A stretch of 64,000 nucleotides of DNA from Clostridiales bacterium (lineage in GTDB: Bacteria; Bacillota; Clostridia; Oscillospirales; Acutalibacteraceae): NCBI GenBank assembly GCA_024680655.1, contig JAILBY010000026.1, forward strand, positions 4,109 through 68,108. The letters run 5' to 3'. The translations under genes and the position numbers were made by a program. The notes beneath the pieces are model-generated. The model searched no databases. It saw only the letters and a list, made by a program, of their open reading frames with translations, and had not been told where the DNA came from. Shown one piece after another: positions 17,621 through 26,873 of this stretch; within the stretch, counting starts at the first letter, position 1, and the number at the start of each line of letters is the position of its first letter.

Positions 17621-18760
17621 ATGGCTTTAACAAATTTTCCAAAATATGACTTTCTAATCGTAGGGGCCGGCCTTTACGGAGCTACCTTTTCATATCTTGC
17701 AAAACAGAATGGAAAAAAATGCCTTGTAATCGAAAAACGCCATGAAGCTGGCGGGAATATCCGCTGTCAGACTATTGAAGGAATAAACGTTCATACTTAT
17801 GGTGCGCACATTTTTCATACGTCAAACAAAAGAATCTGGGGTTTTGTAAATAAGTTCGTTGACTTCAACCGCTATACTAATTCTCCTGTCGCAAACTATC
17901 ACGGAAAGCTCTACAACCTGCCGTTCAATATGAACACTTTTTATGCTATGTGGGGGGTAATAACTCCCGAGCAGGCACGTGCAAAAATCGAAGAGCAAAG
18001 AGTTAAGGCAAAAGTCATTAATCCGAAAAATCTTGAGGAACAAGCTATCGCACTTGCAGGTCGCGATATCTATGAAATCTTGGTAAAAGAATATACAGAA
18101 AAACAGTGGGGGAGAAAATGCAACGAACTTCCTCCTTTCATCATCAAGCGTCTTCCTGTGCGATTCACTTTTGACAACAATTATTTTAATGACTGTTATC
18201 AGGGAATTCCAATCGGTGGGTACAATAAACTGATTGAAGGTCTGCTGAATGGGACTGAAGTCGTAACCGATACAGATTTCTTTTCTGACAGAAAAAAATG
18301 GGAGGTCATAGCAGACAAGATTGTCTTTACAGGTAAAGTCGATGAATTTTTTGATTATTGCTTTGGAAAGCTTGAATACCGTACTGTTCGTTTTGAAACA
18401 GAAACTCTTGATGTTCAGAATTTTCAAGGAAATGCGGTCGTCAATTACACGAGCCACGACGAGACATATACCCGAATTATTGAGCATAAGCATTTTGAGC
18501 CGGAAAATCCATCTTATCAGAACTGTAAGACTGTAATCTCAAAAGAGTATTCTTCTGAATGGACAGACGGAGCTGAACCATTTTATCCGGTCAACAATGA
18601 CAAGAATACCGATCTCTACAAAAAATACGCAGAGTGTGCGTCTAAGACAGATAATGTGATTTTTGGCGGTCGGCTTGCGGAATACAAATACTATGACATG
18701 GACGACGTGATTGAAAAGGCGATGACCGATTTTGAAAAAATATCAGGAGTGAATAAATGA
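17621..18760 (+). CDS. glf: UDP-galactopyranose mutase
   Basis: FAD fold YDFLIVGAGLYGA, plus GGNIRC, YGAHIFHTSN, RLPVRFTFDNNYFND, IFGGRLAEYKYYDMD. RBS aggggga. Confidence 0.93.
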   Translation: MALTNFPKYDFLIVGAGLYGATFSYLAKQNGKKCLVIEKRHEAGGNIRCQTIEGINVHTYGAHIFHTSNKRIWGFVNKFVDFNRYTNSPVANYHGKLYNLPFNMNTFYAMWGVITPEQARAKIEEQRVKAKVINPKNLEEQAIALAGRDIYEILVKEYTEKQWGRKCNELPPFIIKRLPVRFTFDNNYFNDCYQGIPIGGYNKLIEGLLNGTEVVTDTDFFSDRKKWEVIADKIVFTGKVDEFFDYCFGKLEYRTVRFETETLDVQNFQGNAVVNYTSHDETYTRIIEHKHFEPENPSYQNCKTVISKEYSSEWTDGAEPFYPVNNDKNTDLYKKYAECASKTDNVIFGGRLAEYKYYDMDDVIEKAMTDFEKISGVNK

Positions 18761-19479
18761 GTGATGTTTTGTATGTGGTTCTTCCTGCTTATAATGAGGA
18801 AGAGAATATCGAAGCAGTTGTGAAGAGTTGGTATGCGGTTCTTGACGGAAAAGATGACAACTCTCGGATTGTAATTGCAGACAGCGGAAGCATGGATAAG
18901 ACTCATGACATTCTGACTGGCTTGCAGGAGAATTTTTCCAAACTTGTTGTGCTTAGTGAAACTGGTAGATATCACGGCGAAAAAGTTATAGCGCTTTACG
19001 AATATGCCATCAAAAACGGTGCGGATTGGATTTTTCAGACTGACTCAGACGGTCAGACAAATCCTGATGAGTTTGCCGCTTTTTGGAATCTTCGTTCTGA
19101 ATATGATGGAATCTTTGGCAAGCGCATTGCTCGCGGAGATGGAAAGAGCCGTGCATTTGTCGAAAAAGTGGTTTGTTTTCTGCTTAAACTCTATTTTGAG
19201 GTTAACGTACCGGATGCAAACGCTCCGTTTAGATTGATGAAATCGGATGTCGTAAAAAAGTATCTTTATAAAATGGATTCAGATTACAACCTTCCAAACA
19301 TAATGATGACAACATATTTTTCTCATTATGGCGAAAAAATGTGCTTTAAAGAGATTTCTTTCAAGCCTCGTCAGGGTGGAGTTAATTCAATCAATATTCT
19401 AAAAATTGTAAAAATAGGCTGGAAAGCCTTGGCCGACTTTAAGAGGTTTAAAAAGGAAATGAAAGATGCTTCTGATTGA
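18757..19479 (+). CDS. GT2-family glycosyltransferase (soluble, DPM1-like)
   Basis: ATGA overlap with glf. Motifs VVLPAYNEEENI and FQTDSDGQTNP. Confidence 0.75.
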   Translation: MSDVLYVVLPAYNEEENIEAVVKSWYAVLDGKDDNSRIVIADSGSMDKTHDILTGLQENFSKLVVLSETGRYHGEKVIALYEYAIKNGADWIFQTDSDGQTNPDEFAAFWNLRSEYDGIFGKRIARGDGKSRAFVEKVVCFLLKLYFEVNVPDANAPFRLMKSDVVKKYLYKMDSDYNLPNIMMTTYFSHYGEKMCFKEISFKPRQGGVNSINILKIVKIGWKALADFKRFKKEMKDASD

Positions 19480-19629
19480 TTCAGAAAATACAAGATTCGT
19501 ATTTAAATCTAGTAAAAATGTAAACTCAGATTATGGAAAATAATGATTAATGCGGCCTATTGAAATATTCGTAAAATAATACTATTGTAAACATGTAATT
19601 TTCATTTTAGCAGTTGTTGAGGTATCAGA

Positions 19630-21438
19630 TTGTCAGAACTAGAATACCCTTTTGATGGCGCGTATCTTCTCAAAAAACGAAAGTCAATAAAGCGTGAGCT
19701 GTTGGCACGGATTGAACAATTGGAACAGTCCGGCACGAAAATTCTCACCAAGAAAATAGCCGTTCTTGGCGGTTCTACTACTCATGACATAAAAGATATC
19801 CTTGAGCTTTTTCTTTTAAATTACGGAATTAAGCCTGAGTTTTACGAAAGCGAGTACGCCCAGTATTGGAACGACATTATGTTTGACAATGCTGAGCTTT
19901 CTGAATTCAAGCCTGACATCATTTTTATTCATACATCAACACGGAATATCACAAGTTTTCCGACGGTGCGAGATTCTGCGGAATCAATAAACGCAATGTT
20001 GGACAATCAGTTCTCGCATTTTGAGCAGATGTGGAGCAAGGCTTTTGAAACTTACAAGTGTCCGATTGTTCAGAATAACTTTGAGCAGCCGTTTTATCGC
20101 CTTTTAGGAAACCGTGACGTATGGGATTTTCATGGCAGATGTAATTTTGTCTCCCGCCTGAATCAGCGATTCTATGAATACGCGCAGATACGTGAAAATT
20201 TCTATATAAATGACATTGATTACATGGCAAGCTGCTACGGCTTGCAAAAGTGGGCTGATCCGTTCTATTGGCATATGTACAAGTACGCTCTTTGTGTGGA
20301 CGCGATTCCTGAATTTGCCTATAACCTTGCAAATATAATAAAGTCTATTTACGGAAAGAATAAAAAGGCAATCGTCTGCGATTTGGACAACACGCTCTGG
20401 GGCGGAATCGTGGGAGACGACGGCGCGGAGAATATAGAAATCGGGCAGGAAACTTCTGTCGGACAGCTTTATTCAGAGTTCCAGACGTATCTAAAAGCTC
20501 ACAAAGATTTGGGCGTGCTTTTGACAGTCGACTCAAAAAATGACGAGGAAAATGCGCTCGCCGGCCTTAACCGCCCTGACAGCATTTTAAAGCCCGATGA
20601 TTTCATTGTAGTCAAAGCAAACTGGGATCCTAAGGATTTGAATCTTGTTGAAACCGCAAAAGAACTTAACATCGGAAATGATGCGCTTGTGTTTATTGAT
20701 GACAATCCCGCCGAGCGTGAGATTGTCCGCGCGCAGGTTGGCGGCGTAGCCGTTCCTGAAATGAGCGCACCTGAACGCTATATAAATGTGCTTGACCGCA
20801 GCGGATTCTTTGAAGTGACGGCATTCTCGGCTGACGATTTGAGCCGCAATGAAATGTACAAGGCGAATGTCGAACGCGCGAAACAGGAAGCAAGCTTCGC
20901 TGATTATGGCGAATATCTCAAATCGCTGGAAATGAAAGCAGAAATCAAGCCGTTCGCGCCGATTTACATGAGCCGAATCGCCCAGCTTACAAACAAGAGC
21001 AACCAGTTTAACTTGACGACGCTCCGGTGCACGCAGGCGGATATTGAGCGGGTGGCGGCAGACGGCAATTACATAACATTATATGGAAAGCTGGAAGACA
21101 AATTCGGCGACAACGGGGTTGTTAGCGTTGTGTTCGGACATATTGATGAAAGTGAGAAAATACTTTTTCATATAGACTTGTGGCTCATGAGCTGCCGCGT
21201 GCTTAAGCGGGATATGGAATTTGCCATGATGGACAGTCTTTCGGCTGAATGCAAGTCACGTGGAATTAAAAAAATCCGCGGTTACTATTATCCGACCTCC
21301 AAAAACAAGATGGTAAAAGACTTTTATGCCCTTCATGGCTTTGCCAGGGTATCAGAAGATGCTGATGGCAATGCAATATGGGAGCGTAAAATTGAAGATT
21401 ATGAAAACAAAAACAAAGTGATAGAGGTGAACAAATGA
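19630..21438 (+). CDS. FkbH-like / HAD-IIIC family protein (candidate ACP loader)
   Basis: TTG start. HAD-IIIC signature AIVCDLDNTLWGGIVGDDG, then VFIDDNPAERE. C-terminal GNAT-like fold region LWLMSCRVLKRDMEFAMMD. Confidence 0.85.
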   Translation: MSELEYPFDGAYLLKKRKSIKRELLARIEQLEQSGTKILTKKIAVLGGSTTHDIKDILELFLLNYGIKPEFYESEYAQYWNDIMFDNAELSEFKPDIIFIHTSTRNITSFPTVRDSAESINAMLDNQFSHFEQMWSKAFETYKCPIVQNNFEQPFYRLLGNRDVWDFHGRCNFVSRLNQRFYEYAQIRENFYINDIDYMASCYGLQKWADPFYWHMYKYALCVDAIPEFAYNLANIIKSIYGKNKKAIVCDLDNTLWGGIVGDDGAENIEIGQETSVGQLYSEFQTYLKAHKDLGVLLTVDSKNDEENALAGLNRPDSILKPDDFIVVKANWDPKDLNLVETAKELNIGNDALVFIDDNPAEREIVRAQVGGVAVPEMSAPERYINVLDRSGFFEVTAFSADDLSRNEMYKANVERAKQEASFADYGEYLKSLEMKAEIKPFAPIYMSRIAQLTNKSNQFNLTTLRCTQADIERVAADGNYITLYGKLEDKFGDNGVVSVVFGHIDESEKILFHIDLWLMSCRVLKRDMEFAMMDSLSAECKSRGIKKIRGYYYPTSKNKMVKDFYALHGFARVSEDADGNAIWERKIEDYENKNKVIEVNK

Positions 21439-21677
21439 CAAGAGAAGAAGTTTTTGAAAAGCTCAACGAAGTTTTTCGCGATGTTTTTGATGACGAGGAC
21501 ATCAAAGTAGCAGAATCTACAAACGCCGATGACATAGAAGACTGGGACAGTCTTTCTCATATCAATCTTGTTGTCGCTGTTGAAAAAGAATTCGGCATAA
21601 AATTCAGTATGGGCGAAACTCAGAAAATGAAGAACGTCGGCGAGATGGTTGATATTATCCTAGAGCGGACGAAATAG
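21435..21677 (+). CDS. Acyl carrier protein
   Basis: 80 aa, ATGA overlap with the FkbH-like gene. Phosphopantetheine-site motif IEDWDSLSHINLV. Confidence 0.8.
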   Translation: MTREEVFEKLNEVFRDVFDDEDIKVAESTNADDIEDWDSLSHINLVVAVEKEFGIKFSMGETQKMKNVGEMVDIILERTK

Positions 21678-21686
21678 ACTTGCTTT

Positions 21687-22109
21687 ATGAATGAATTTAC
21701 CTTTGAGGATATCGCCTCCGCTCAAAACATGGAGCAATCATTTTCTGTGACTGTAACACAGGAAATGATGCGTGATTTTCTGAAAATTACCGGTGATTCA
21801 AATCCAATGCATGTAGACGTGGGCTATGCCAAGCAAAACGGCTTTCCGTCATGTTTGGTATACGGCCTTCTAACCACAAGCTTTTATTCTACATTGGCAG
21901 GTGTTTATCTTCCTGGAAAATATTGTCTTTTGCAGGAGGTTTCAACTCAGTTTGCAAAGCCTGTTTTTATTGGCGATATTCTTACCGTGAGCGGAAAGGT
22001 CGCGGAAACTCAAGAAACTTTTAAGAGAATTATAATAAAAGCACGCATTACAAATCAAGACGGAAAAACTGTTAACCGCGCAACCATAACAGCGGGTGTG
22101 TTAAAGTGA
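21687..22109 (+). CDS. MaoC-like (hotdog fold) dehydratase
   Basis: ITGDSNPMHVDVGYAKQNGFPSCLVYGLL. Length 140 aa. Confidence 0.85.
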   Translation: MNEFTFEDIASAQNMEQSFSVTVTQEMMRDFLKITGDSNPMHVDVGYAKQNGFPSCLVYGLLTTSFYSTLAGVYLPGKYCLLQEVSTQFAKPVFIGDILTVSGKVAETQETFKRIIIKARITNQDGKTVNRATITAGVLK

Positions 22110-22870
22110 AAAAAGTATATTTAATTCTTGGGGCTTCTTCTGATTTGGGAATAGAGCTGATAAAACAACTGAATGGTGAGAATCCGACTGATGAAAAAGT
22201 TTTTATCGCCCATTATCATTCATCAAAAGAAAAACTGGAGCAGATTTCTCTGAATCAAAATAGAAGTCTTGTTTGCGTCAAGTCAGACTTGGGTGATATG
22301 GCTTCTGTGGACCTTCTTATTGAGAAAGTTCGTTCTTGTTGCGCAGAATATAACATGGACGCGCCAACTCATGTTGTTCATCTCGCTGCGGAGCCATTCC
22401 GTTACATGAAGTTAAAGGAATTTTCACGCGACAGGCTTATACATAATATTGATGTTCAAGTCAGCTCTTTTGCAAAAATTATGCAGTCTTTTCTTCCTTC
22501 AATGGCAAAAAGAAAGCGGCACGACAAAGTTGTGGTTATGTTAACAAGCTATCTATTGAATGCTTCGCCAAAACTTGTGCTTGATTACGTAGTGACAAAA
22601 TCCGCTTTGCTTGGCCTAATGAGGAGCATTGCGGCTGATTATCTTGGGAAGGGGGTGAATATAAATGCTCTTTCCCCTTCAATGATTGAAACAAAATTTT
22701 TGCAGAATGTTGATGAAAGGATCGTTCAGATGATTGCAGAAGGCAGTCCTGAGAAACGAAATGCAACTGTTGCAGATGTTGTGCCTGTCATTCAATTTCT
22801 TCTATCTGATGCGGCAAATTATTTGCATGGCGCAAACTTAAATGTAACATATGGGGGGGGATTTAGATGA
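22106..22870 (+). CDS. Short-chain dehydrogenase/reductase
   Basis: ILGASSDLGIELIKQL glycine loop, catalytic YVVTKSAL (YxxxK). ATGA overlap with the MaoC gene. Confidence 0.8.
   Translation: MKKVYLILGASSDLGIELIKQLNGENPTDEKVFIAHYHSSKEKLEQISLNQNRSLVCVKSDLGDMASVDLLIEKVRSCCAEYNMDAPTHVVHLAAEPFRYMKLKEFSRDRLIHNIDVQVSSFAKIMQSFLPSMAKRKRHDKVVVMLTSYLLNASPKLVLDYVVTKSALLGLMRSIAADYLGKGVNINALSPSMIETKFLQNVDERIVQMIAEGSPEKRNATVADVVPVIQFLLSDAANYLHGANLNVTYGGGFR
22853..22860 (+). repeat. Poly-G tract (G8) at the SDR 3' end and MBOAT ORF 5' end
   Basis: atgggggggga. The SDR frame reads tat ggg ggg gga ttt aga tga. The overlapping MBOAT ORF frame reads atg ggg ggg gat. Confidence 0.95.
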
Positions 22871-22904
22871 TAAAAAAGTTTTGCTTTCGAGGTTCCTTTT
22901 TATA

Positions 22905-24494
22905 ATGCATTTTCTTTATAATCTCCTAAAATTCATCGTAGATGATTTCTCCATTATGTCTTTTTGGTTTTGGACATGTCTCGCTGCGTTTGCTGTGATT
23001 TATTACACTGTGGGCAAGAGACTTCGCGTTCAGTGGATTCTGCTTTTGCTTGCAAGCCTGTTTTTTTACAGAGCAAACTGTTCCACAAAACTTATGCTCT
23101 GGATGCTTGTTCCTGTCTGCTTGACTTATCTTGTGGCGCTCGTAATAAACAACTTGCAAGGCCTGAGGCGAAGCTTGCTTCTTTTCTGCGCGGTTGCGGC
23201 AAGTGTCGCGTTCCTTGTCTATTTTAAGGAGCGGAATTTCTTTATAGTTACTCATAACGCGCTTGCATGCGTGTTTAACTTTGGACATTGGGAAAAAGTA
23301 AATATTGCGGCTCCACTTGGAATCTCTTATCTTATTTTGATGCTCGTAAGTTACACGCTTGATGTTTCGTGGGGACTTGTCAAACCGCAAAAAAATCCGC
23401 TTAAATTTCTTTTGTATGTGATTTATTTTCCTATTACAACTTCAGGACCGATTACAAGATATGTCGAAGTGGAGAATCAACTTTTTGCAGAACACAATTT
23501 TGATTATGACCGCTTTTGTTTCGGAGTCCAGCGGGTTGTCTGGGGAATGTTCAAGAAAATGATAGTCGCCGATAGAATTGGTCTAATCGTTGGAACAATT
23601 TATGGCAATTGGGAAAATTACACAGGGTTCACGCTTGCGATTGGGCTTCTTGCATACACATTGCAAGTTTATACAGACTTCTCTGGTTGCATAGACATGG
23701 CGTTGGGCGCGTCTCAAATTCTTGGTATAAATTTGCCTGAAAATTTCCGCCAGCCGTTCTTTTCATCAAGTCTTTCTGAAATTTGGCGAAGATGGCACAT
23801 GACATTGGGTTTTTGGGTAAAAGACTATATCCTCTATCCGATGTTAAAGTCTCGGTTAATTCAACAGTTCTCTAATTTCTTAAAAACAAGGCTTGGGAAG
23901 AAAAATCGTTATGCAAAACTTATTCCAACTTGGTGCGGAATGTTGGTTGTTTGGTTCACGGTAGGATTCTGGCACGGTGGATCTTGGAAATATATATTTG
24001 GCGGCGGGCTTTTTTTCTTCATTATGATTGCCGGCGGTCAATTGTTGGAACCGTTGTTTGCTTGGCTTATAAGAATAATGAGAATCAGGACCGAAACTGC
24101 AAGTTGGCGTTTGTTCCATAGGTTAAGAACGTTCTTCCTTTTTGCAGTGGCTGTTTCATTCCAACGGGCCCCATCTTTTAAAACTGGTTTGTGCATGTGG
24201 AAACGTGTTTTTGTCGAATTCAATCCATGGATTTTTGTTGATGGAACCTTGTTTAATATTGGTCTTGATGCCAAAGATTTCTTCGTGTTGCTCTTCGGAG
24301 GGATGATTATGCTGTTTGTTGAACTTGGCGAACATGGGAACAAGGCCGAATCTATAAGTATGAGGCGATGGATTGCTGGTCAAAATATAGCGTTTCGTTG
24401 GATAATCTATTTGGGGCTTGTGTTTAGCATAATTATTTTTGGAATGTATGGCCCAGATTATAATGCGAAATCATTCATTTACGCAGGTTTTTAG
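22905..24494 (+). CDS. MBOAT-family membrane O-acyltransferase (DltB/AlgI-like)
   Basis: Conserved His regions SLSEIWRRWHMTLGFWVKDYILYP and VGFWHGGSW; polytopic. The start is uncertain: the ORF is open from ATG 22851, and other candidates are ATG 22905 and ATG 22956. Confidence 0.85.
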   Translation: MHFLYNLLKFIVDDFSIMSFWFWTCLAAFAVIYYTVGKRLRVQWILLLLASLFFYRANCSTKLMLWMLVPVCLTYLVALVINNLQGLRRSLLLFCAVAASVAFLVYFKERNFFIVTHNALACVFNFGHWEKVNIAAPLGISYLILMLVSYTLDVSWGLVKPQKNPLKFLLYVIYFPITTSGPITRYVEVENQLFAEHNFDYDRFCFGVQRVVWGMFKKMIVADRIGLIVGTIYGNWENYTGFTLAIGLLAYTLQVYTDFSGCIDMALGASQILGINLPENFRQPFFSSSLSEIWRRWHMTLGFWVKDYILYPMLKSRLIQQFSNFLKTRLGKKNRYAKLIPTWCGMLVVWFTVGFWHGGSWKYIFGGGLFFFIMIAGGQLLEPLFAWLIRIMRIRTETASWRLFHRLRTFFLFAVAVSFQRAPSFKTGLCMWKRVFVEFNPWIFVDGTLFNIGLDAKDFFVLLFGGMIMLFVELGEHGNKAESISMRRWIAGQNIAFRWIIYLGLVFSIIIFGMYGPDYNAKSFIYAGF

Positions 24495-24505
24495 GAGATG
24501 ATTTT

Positions 24506-25969
24506 ATGGCTGATAGGTCAAAGATAGAAAACCTTGCAAAGTGCTCCATGTTTTTGATTTTTTTCGTTATTTTATTTTGGTTTTGCAATAAAGTTTTTAT
24601 TCTAAAAAGAAATGATGGAATAACTCCAATGCAGAATTTTTATGCACAAAAGCAAAATACTGTGGATGTGCTTTTTTGTGGCCCAAGTCTCATGGGAGAA
24701 CTTGGAATGGATGAATTGTGGTATGACTATGGAATAGCTGGTTATAATTTATGGGGAAGTGGCGAACCATTTTGGAATTGCTATTTTGGATTAAAAGAGG
24801 CGTTGAAAAGTCAAAAACCAAGAGTTGTGGTTTTGGAAGTTTCCCCTGCCTCCTATCAGTTTGAGTATTCAGACAATACAGGGCAATTGGTTAATACGCA
24901 AGGTATGAAATTCGGCAAAAACTTTCTTGATGCAATAAGAGTTTCAACTCCAAAAGAGAAATATCTTGAGCTTTTTTTTGGAATACAGACTTTCCATTGG
25001 AGATTTAAAGAACTCTCTAGAGATGATTTTTTGCATTTCACTTGGATTCAGGATTGTATAACTGATAAAGGCAGCTTTCATTATTATCATAATAATGCAA
25101 AAATGGACTTGACGGATATATCTAGTATTGTAGAATTTAAGAATTTATATCCAAAAGCAGAAGAATATCTTCGTCTGTTTATAGAATATGCTCAGCAGAG
25201 AAAGATTCAAGTGTTGCTAATAAAAACTCCTTCTATCAACAGGATGGCTGAAGCACCGTTTTATAATTGTGTTTCTAAAATTGCAGATGAATATGGGGTC
25301 AAATTCATAGATACTAATCGTGTATCCGATGAAATTGGTTTTGAGCTAGATGATTCCGCTGATGGAGGTCATATAAATGTTCGTGGAATGTGGAAGTGTA
25401 CAAGCTACATAGGAAATGTCTTGCGAAATGAATACAATGTTCCTGATAGGCGTGGGGAGAAACAGTATATCTCGTATGAAAAATACACAGAAAAATGTCA
25501 TAAAAAACATATTGTGGAGATGAAAGACAAAAAAGGTTATGCTGCCGAAGTACTTCGCTCAACTCAAAAACCGTACCTTGATTTGTATGTTCCAATTTAT
25601 TTTAGTTCATATAATTACAACGCACCCGTTTTTGTAAGATGTGGACTTTCTGAACCTGATAATGATTTTTCATGGACGGATAGAAGGTTTCTGCGTATGG
25701 TTTGCAATTTCCCAAAAAACTGCATGGGAAAAGACTTGAAGGCGAAATACAACTTGGCTCAAATTTTCAATGGTAATCAGAGGATTATTGTGTATGTGAA
25801 TAATAGCCGTGTCTTTGACAAAAAACTTTCAAACGGTGAGAATTTAGAATTTCATTTTAGTTTGCCGGCAGATAGCGTTACAGCCCACATAATGTTGGAA
25901 TTTCCAAATTTATTAAATAATGACAAAAAAAATGCATTAGCAATCAAAAATGTTGTTTTTACGGAGTGA
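24506..25969 (+). CDS. Membrane-anchored DltD/SGNH-like extracytoplasmic acyltransferase partner
   Basis: N-terminal TM helix. Block-I-like VDVLFCGPSLMGE, late DSADGGHINVRG (DxxH-like). It lies immediately downstream of the MBOAT gene. Confidence 0.55.
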   Translation: MADRSKIENLAKCSMFLIFFVILFWFCNKVFILKRNDGITPMQNFYAQKQNTVDVLFCGPSLMGELGMDELWYDYGIAGYNLWGSGEPFWNCYFGLKEALKSQKPRVVVLEVSPASYQFEYSDNTGQLVNTQGMKFGKNFLDAIRVSTPKEKYLELFFGIQTFHWRFKELSRDDFLHFTWIQDCITDKGSFHYYHNNAKMDLTDISSIVEFKNLYPKAEEYLRLFIEYAQQRKIQVLLIKTPSINRMAEAPFYNCVSKIADEYGVKFIDTNRVSDEIGFELDDSADGGHINVRGMWKCTSYIGNVLRNEYNVPDRRGEKQYISYEKYTEKCHKKHIVEMKDKKGYAAEVLRSTQKPYLDLYVPIYFSSYNYNAPVFVRCGLSEPDNDFSWTDRRFLRMVCNFPKNCMGKDLKAKYNLAQIFNGNQRIIVYVNNSRVFDKKLSNGENLEFHFSLPADSVTAHIMLEFPNLLNNDKKNALAIKNVVFTE

Positions 25970-26165
25970 AAAAAATCAAACAGCTCCCTTCAAATCGTTG
26001 CCGCGGTTTTGCGTACGGAAAAAACATAGCAATAAAAGTTGCGGATATGGCGCTTTTTCCTTGTGATCTAAGGAAACGCAATGGAACGCCTTGAATCTTT
26101 CAATCCTTTGGAAAGTATGAAAAAGGTGATAATTGACGACAGATTTTTTACACACGTAAAGGCTG

Positions 26166-26800
26166 TTGACTTTGTTCTCTTTCCAGGAGAGACAAGGAAA
26201 TATAGATTGTGGGGTGTATGGCAAGATTGTGATGAAATCTCAAAGTTGCGTACTAAAAATGACGGTCGCTGTTTTAGCCCAGACCGCTCTGCCTTTGATT
26301 AGAAAATTATCTGTTAACCAGTGCTTTCTTAAGCAGGATTTTGAAGTGGATGCACCGTATAAAAAAAACTTTTGACTGATATAACACAGATGACTTGCAA
26401 GAATGTTAAACTTTATGTTTGCTTCTTTTGTACTGCTACAATGGAGAAATCATTTCTCTTGTCACGGACAAAGAGTGCGGGCAGTCGGAAAGTCGGATTT
26501 ACACGCTTGATACCGACATAGGTCGGAAAGCCTGTGGAAGGTACGGGCCTCGTCCGAAAAGTGCGAAAGCCACAACACGTCCTTAAAAACTGGAGGGTAG
26601 ACCCTGGAAAACAGGTGCTTCATCACGGCTGATCGGCCCTTAAAATCGAAGCCGTTGAGAATTTTGTCGTTGTAAAGTGCTTTGTCTATAGCATAGAATA
26701 AAATGCAGTCCGATTCCGACACCATCTTAAGAAGGGGCGGGGGAGCATGTGCGACAATCCCAGAGCGAAGATTTTGTTTTCATGCTGTAGCCGTACGTGA
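26166..26800 (+). mobile_element. Degenerate rve (DDE integrase)-type transposase relic, IS3-like, with multiple stops and frameshifts
   Basis: Fragments in shifting + frames: CGVYGKIVMKS...IRKLSV, LKQDFEVDAPYKKNF then LLTDITQM (the pn.kW.TDITy region), FITADRP/KIEAVENF (the hsDrG.ef region), GSMCDNP...SEDFVFML (the C.DNa.aEsFF..LK region). The segment is GC-richer than its surroundings. Confidence 0.5.
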
Positions 26801-26813
26801 TTCAATTGTTCCC

Positions 26814-26843
26814 TTGACAATTCCGTATCGTGTGTACTAAAAT
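26814..26843 (+). promoter_or_regulatory. sigma70-like promoter candidate for module 3
   Basis: TTGACA (26814-26819), 18-nt spacer, TAAAAT (26838-26843). It lies upstream of ATG 26874. Confidence 0.35.
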
Positions 26844-26873
26844 ATAATAATTTTATATGATGTGAGAAGAAAA

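Noticed and set aside
26462-26725. 87-aa minus-strand ORF in the GC-richer gap, considered as a real gene or a transposase N-terminus
   Set aside because: I recognised no family motif. The + strand of the same segment carries frame-hopping rve-type transposase fragments, so the minus ORF is most simply an antisense artefact of that relic.
26460-26830. Possible group II intron or other structured RNA (GUGCG-like string at about 26474, cacgtacgg-like string near 26790)
   Set aside because: No convincing domain V hairpin or paired 5'/3' boundary motifs could be assembled by eye on either strand. The transposase-relic explanation covers the region.
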